From Hyphochytrium catenoides (Eukaryota > Protista > Hyphochytriomycota), in contig FLMG01000032.1 of the NCBI GenBank assembly GCA_900088475.1, positions 1 to 38,210 on the forward strand: a stretch of DNA of 38,210 bases. Reading direction: 5' to 3'. The notes under the pieces are model-generated. The model saw only the letters and a program-made list of their open reading frames with translations. It did not search any database and was not told where the DNA came from. Made by a program: the position numbers and the translations under genes. Positions 35,245-38,210 of this stretch are shown one piece after another; within the stretch, counting starts at the first letter, position 1; each line of letters begins with the position of its first letter.

Positions 35245-35275
35245 ATTAGCGGGTAATATCAACGATAGTGAAAGC
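35245..35275 (-). promoter_or_regulatory. Extended upstream element of the F-box/XPA-like gene (CCGCTAAT variant)
   Basis: Similar to 32317-32345 and in the same orientation relative to its gene. Confidence 0.4.
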
Positions 35276-36632
35276 TCTGAAATGTAATATCCGGAATATA
35301 GAGAAATGGAATATTGAAAATTGAAGTTGTGCAGGAAGCAATTACAGGACAACCAAGGCATCCTACAGAGTACAGGTACTTTCTACAGGGACTCCTAGAA
35401 CTACTACTCGTACTACCCTTATTACTACCTTGTGTGGGCTAAATAACAGTATTTTGCGGTGTAGTTCTACAGTGCTTTGCTGGTTCTTCTTCTCCGCCCT
35501 GCCGCCGACCGATGGAGGTGAAGGCTTTAGATAGGGAAGTTGCGGACATCCTCCGCCCCCTGACGACCGCCGCCTCCTTTCTCATCTATCAGGGCTGGCC
35601 GTCTCCTGGAGCTCTCTGAGCCACAAGTGCTTCATCATAGCGTTGGTGGCACTACGCAGCCGCTCCTCCTCCTCCTCCTCCTCCTGCTGCCATGCCACAA
35701 ACACAGCAGCTGCAGCAGCAGCGGAGGCTCAAGCCCCTACCACGTACTTAGCAAGCAAGCGCCAGGAGGAATAGTTGTGTTTGACGCTTGACCCTGACGC
35801 GACAGCTGCCTCCTTCCTCTACTCTCCTCCTCCTTCGCTGCAACTTCAACAAGGAGCTTGGCTTGGGCCCAGTCATAATGAGACACTTGAGACGCCACAT
35901 TGGACCGCAACGCTGACGACATCCAGGAGCCAGCAGCCATGTTGCAGCCGGCAGCTGCCGCGCTTCTTCAGAGGACGACACATGCTTTCGTTCTCCTCAG
36001 CAAAAGCTCCTCCCAATTCTCATCAAAGGCAACAGCCTATCTTCTAAAGCCGTCCGACTTGGTCGGCCCTAATCTGTGGCTAGCAGAACTTTTAATAAGA
36101 ACAGTCAGGAGTAACTTGATTGAGTCTTTTCTACATTGTAAACAGCACTCTTCTTCCTTCTAACAGAAGTCTATGATCATGAGTCTTTTCTTCTTTTCTC
36201 TGTGTAAAACAACGGTCGAGTCTCCTTTATGAGGGTACAGATACTCGCTCTGAACTTTTCTGGAAGAAGTGGATCATCTCTCAAGTTTGTTGCCAGAGGA
36301 GGGCGTGGTCGCGACGACGACCACCAGTAAACAAGGATCACGGCAGTCAGGGCACATCCTCCTTGTTCGGGAGAAAGCAGGAGAAGGCCTGAACAATAAG
36401 GGTTGCTCCTTTCTCGAGCTGTACACGATTCCTTGTTCCTTCTCGACAAAACCCAGGACAGGCACGAAGCAGCCAGACCATCTACTAGCTGTACTGGCGT
36501 CAAACCTAGGAACGTTTGGAGGACTAGTTCTTGTTCACGGAAAAAGTGCGAAGAGGAGTTTGTCCATGCCATCTGTGCCCGGCAATATCCTTGCCATAAG
36601 CGATAACACCGACAGTAACGTCGTGCTGGCAA

Positions 36633-37115
36633 CTATCCCAGCAAAAGCATCCCATCACAATATTCTTTGTTAGTAGACGACGCTGACAACAGTGTACACA
36701 CACACTGGCCCTTCTTAACGAACAGTTCGACTGACGCTGAGTAATGTCTAACCCCATGAAACGAGCTACTAGTATACCTGGTTAGATCTTGGAAGAAGGA
36801 GCTACGTCTTATATATAAGCACGACAGGAGACTGTCCACATTCTCCAGGACGCAAAAAACTCTTCGGTGCAGTAGTCGTGCAATGATGATCACATGGAAC
36901 GCCATCACTAGGCAAGTACTGAGACTGAGACTGGTAGTCGGACTCACCTCCTCGGTCGAAGCACTTGATGATGCTTTAGAGCTCTGGATGACAGACCTGT
37001 TGCCGTCGTCGCCCATCTGACCGTAGCCTAAGCAGTAAGAGATCGGCGTCATCGTCATTATAAAGAAGCCGATTGCGAACGCCACAATAAAGCAAACTGC
37101 TTCCTCAGCCCTCAC
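36633..37115 (-). other. Possible hypothetical ORF (160 codons, two hydrophobic segments, GTG-opened)
   Basis: Supported only by ORF length and hydrophobic stretches. No recognisable family. Confidence 0.2.
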
Positions 37116-38210
37116 GAGGCGACGGACTGCCGCTTCTGGTAGCAGTTATAACGCAGGCAATCGCCTGCTATGTTTAGAGAAATAATAGCGAGGGGCGCAG
37201 CCGCAAGAAGTTTATTGCGGGTTAGAGGGAGAGGCCAACGACCTGCTGTTAATTTGATTCACTAGCTTCGTTATACTCTACAGCTCAGGTGACGACGCTC
37301 TTTGAGGAACGCCTGCGTCGCGTCCACATTCTTACAAACGGCTTGGCATTGGCAATGATGCACCTTAAAGAAGCTTAGGGATTCATGCAATGATAGGAGG
37401 GAGATAAGGAGATAGTAGTGAAGTTAAAGATTTGATTTCTTGGTTCGTTTTAGGGACATCCTCCCAAGAGCTCTCCTGGTGACTTTGGCTCCCTGGCACT
37501 GGAAGAAGTAGATTGCAAGCCCAGCGGGTAAGTACCTTAAGGGTCGACGATGCATAAGAGTGTAAGGAAGAACTCCCATCGAACATTCTCCTATTAATGG
37601 GGCTGCTTTTCATCTCGACATCACCTCTACGACGTCTCGAACAAGTCGTCCCAGGGCTTTACTACTACTATAGTATGAGGAATGACAACATTTGCCTTAG
37701 CTTTCGTGCAACCTCATCGCTGGAACCAAGCCCCTAGCAAGAAGCAAGTTGCCTCCTCAGCCGCTGGAATGCGAGGAAGAAAAGGTTCTGAAAGGGGAAA
37801 ACCCTGATAGAAGACGAGCTGAAGAGGAGATGTTGGTAGGTATGGGTCAGACGGTAAATATCCTATCTGCTCCTTATCAGTAAGTGTTACTGGTGAATAA
37901 TCACGCCATTGTCGAAGTGACTGCGACATGCTGTGGAACGTGGGTGGTCGTCATTCTCTCAATTTTCTAGGAAGTGATTGGTGATGCCTATCGACAGCTC
38001 TCGCCATGTGGACAGTGTCTCATCAGGGATCTTGTCCGCAATGCTATGGTCACACTTTTTGTCCGTGGCTAAATCTATCACAGACACGTACGACGGAGGT
38101 GGCAGTCCCTGTGTATAGCCACAATCTACTACAGTTGATGACCAGGTTAGTGATGACACTTGCCTCGGTAGGAGATAGACAATTCAACTGCGGTGCCGTT
38201 CGTCTAGGCA

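Noticed and set aside
35560-35730. PIF/Harbinger transposase N-terminus
   Set aside because: The resemblance is only compositional (poly-Ala, poly-Glu). I saw no DDE motifs, TIRs or TSD.

Overview
This is a gene-dense, intron-rich eukaryotic window. The oomycete-like PDR transporter and the helix-then-FHA Survivin/BORI-type protein point to a stramenopile-like protist. Most ORF-track entries are exons or antisense shadows, so I spliced the genes by hand using GT-AG sites and phase checks. Eleven protein-coding genes are supported, in order: a 5'-truncated PDR/ABCG transporter with an apparent frameshifting deletion near nt 222; a 12-exon IQ-WW-EF-hand-FKBP fusion (-); a head-to-head LRR-IQ-MABP-like-EF-hand protein of about 1,645 aa (+); TBC1D19-like (-); C8orf82/UPF0598-like (-); YEATS4/Yaf9 (+); NSA2 (+); a Survivin/BORI-like helix+FHA protein (-); a transmembrane FG-nucleoporin with POM121-like architecture (-); a bacterial-type DUF72 TIM-barrel with introns and two PIP-box-like motifs (-); and an intronless F-box/XPA-like zinc-finger gene (-). 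The strongest lead is the DUF72 gene as a candidate PCNA-coupled DNA-repair enzyme, together with its neighbour that shares an upstream element. Other leads are the POM121-like nucleoporin, a recurrent CCGCTAAC promoter motif, a long intergenic hairpin and an island of long introns at 3.9-17 kb. I saw no rRNA, tRNA, CRISPR array or intact transposon. All family calls are motif recognition by eye, not database results.
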